From Macrostomum lignano (Eukaryota), in assembly GCA_002269645.1 (NCBI GenBank), contig NIVC01000980.1, positions 124,001 through 188,000 on the forward strand: a stretch of 64,000 bases of DNA. The letters run 5' to 3'. Below the pieces are notes generated by a model. That model worked only from the letters and a program-made list of their open reading frames with translations, ran no database searches and was not told the DNA's origin. The position numbers and the translations under genes are program-made. Positions 48,843 to 64,000 of the stretch are shown here, one piece after another; position 1 is the stretch's first letter; each line of letters starts with the position of its first letter.

Positions 48843-50800
48843 AATCAACAATCTATGGGATTCGCCAACAATCTTAAGAATCAACAATCTATGGGAATCG
48901 CCAACAATCTCCTTGAGAATCAACAATCTATGGGATTCGCCAACAATCTTAAGAATCAACAATCTATGGGAATCGCCAACAATTTCCTTAAGAATCAACA
49001 ATCTATGGGAATCGCCAACAATTTCCTTGAGAATCAACAATCTATGGGAATCGCCAACAATTTCCTTGAGAATCAACAATCTATGGGAATCGCCAACAAT
49101 TTCCTTGAGAATCAACAATCTATGGGAATCGCCAACAATTTCCTTGAGAATCAACAATCTATGGGAATCGCCAACAATCTCCTTAAGAATCAACAATCTA
49201 TGGGAATCGCCAACAATTTCCTTGAGAATCAACAATCTATGGGATTCGCCAACAATTTCCTAGAGAATCAACAATCTATGGGATTCGCCAACAATTTCCT
49301 TGAGAATCAACAATCTATATGAATTGCCAACAATCTCCTTGAGAATCAACAATCTATGGGAATCGCCAACAATTTCCTTGAGAATCAACAATCTATGGGA
49401 TTCGCCAACAATTTCCTTGAGAATCAACAATCTATGGGATTCGCCAACAATTTCCTTGAGAATCAACAATCTATGGGATTCGCCAACAATTTCCTTGAGA
49501 ATCAACAATCTATGGGAATCGCCAACAATTTCCTTGAGAATCAACAATCTATGGGATTCGCCAACAATTTCCTTGAGAATCAACAATCTATATGAATTGC
49601 CAACAATCTCCTTGAGAATCAACAATCTATAGGAATCGCCAACAATCTCCTTGAGAATCAACAATCTATAGGAATTGCCAACAATCTCCTTGAGAATCAA
49701 CAATCTATAGGAATTGCCAACAATCTCCTTGAGAATCAACAATCTATAGAAATCGCCAACAATCTCCTTAAGAATCAACCATCTATGGAATTCGCCAACT
49801 ATCTCTTTGAGAATCAACAATCTATGGGAATCGCCAACAATCTCTTTGAGAATCAACAGTGTACCAGAATCGCCAACAATTTCCTTGAGAATCAACAGTC
49901 TATAGAAATCGCCAACAATCTCCTTAAGAATCAACCATCTATGGAATTCGCCAACTATCTCTTTGAGAATCAACAATCTATGGGAATCGCCAACAATCTC
50001 TTTGAGAATCAACCATCTATGGAATTCGCCAACTATCTCTTTGAGAATCAACAATCTATGGGAATCGCCAACAATCTCTTTGAGAATCAACAGTGTACCA
50101 GAATCGCCAACAATTTCATTGAGAATCAACAGTGTACGAGCTACCAGAATCGCCAACAATTTCCTTGAGAATCAACAGTGTACCAGAATCGCCAACAATT
50201 TCCTTGAGAATCAACAGTGTACCAGAATCGCCAACAATTTCCTTGAGAATCAACAATCTATAGGAATTGCCAACAATCTCTTTGAGAATCAACAATCTAT
50301 AGAAATCGCCAACAATCTCCTTGAGAATCAACAATGTACCAGAATCGCCAACAATTTCCATGAGAATCAACAGTGAATCAGAATCGCTCAAAACCTCTGA
50401 GAATGCTAACAGCCTTTTACGAGTAGAATCGCCAACAATCTCTCTGAGAATCAACTTATTACTCGTAAAATCGCCAACAATCGCTATGAAAAGCGCAAAA
50501 AATCAGAACCGCCTACAATCTCTATGAGAATCGCAAAAAATCTCCTTGAGAATCGCCAACAATTTCTATGAGAATCGCCAATAATCCTCTTGATAATCAC
50601 TAAAAATCTTGAGAATCGCCTACAACCTGAGAATCCCACAATCTATGAGCATCGCCAAAATCTTTTAAATCGCCATAAATCTGTCTATGACAATCGCTAA
50701 TAATCTATGAGAATCGCCAATAATCCTCTTAAGAATCGCCCTCAACCTCAATGACAGTCGCCAACCATCTTGAGAATCAACAATCTATGATAACGGCAAA
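48843..50800. repeat. 39-bp minisatellite (GAGAATCAACAATCTATGGGAATCGCCAACAATTTCCTT)n, degenerate after about 50400
   Basis: Read directly; intergenic between convergent genes. Confidence 0.95.
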
Positions 50801-51359
50801 TAATCTTGAGAAATCAGCAGTGTCTTGTATTTAACAATGTCGCTAAAAACTGGGATGGCTAGAGCCGTCTATTCCAAAACAGAGTGGAATGTAAAAGTAC
50901 AGCATGTCAATAATTATTTTAAGCAATGATGACGTCTACAAGCAGCGTTTATTAGCAATAGTAACAATATGGTATAACATTAGTAATATAATAAACTGCA
51001 GGTATTGCACGTAAATTTTATAGTGAGGGCTTGCAATCAAGCAATTATATTAATTATTTCTACCCGAAAAGTTTGGGCTAGGTATATAATTGGGATTATA
51101 GATATTGTTAAGCTAGCAGCAGTGTGTAGTGCATTTTGGCCTTAATACATATTTATACACGCGAAATTAGCTGATTATCCGTTCAATAGCATAGAAGTCT
51201 GGCTGTCTCATTTTTACATACGAGTATGTAGAAAAGATCGGAATTTCCTTTTTAAAGCGAGTGCCTTTAGTGAAGAATTCGAGCCGAAGACCGCTGATAT
51301 ACAGATGACATTTCTATGTCTGATTACTTGTCCGCTATGGGTTGAAAATGTGGCGGCTC

Positions 51360-64000
<12,641 letters not shown>

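Overview
Eukaryotic (metazoan) genomic DNA with GC-rich exons separated by introns mostly filled with micro- and minisatellites. This architecture resembles the flatworm Macrostomum lignano (inference only). I assembled five spliced genes by hand with consistent GT-AG boundaries and phases: TTLL9 (minus, 3' end runs off the window start), PACSIN/syndapin (plus, complete, 9 exons), an STK32/YANK kinase (plus, 7 exons, one 1-bp frameshift in exon 3), an uncharacterised secreted or GPI-type Cys-patterned protein (plus, 3 exons), and a Mesh/SUSD2-type IPT-AMOP-VWD-Sushi-TM protein (minus, 5' end outside the window). Mobile DNA includes two decayed mariner elements, several MITEs, SINE-like copies and a probable Gypsy relic. 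Almost all long ORFs in the supplied track are repeat artefacts. The most unusual signals are (i) sharply bounded CpG-free, TAG-rich blocks upstream of two genes, with CpG-type decay in the mariner embedded in one of them, and (ii) pairs of inverted intronic satellites, one bracketing the frameshifted kinase exon. No CRISPR array, rRNA or tRNA gene was found, and I cannot claim a proven new system. Counts were made by eye and repeat boundaries are approximate.
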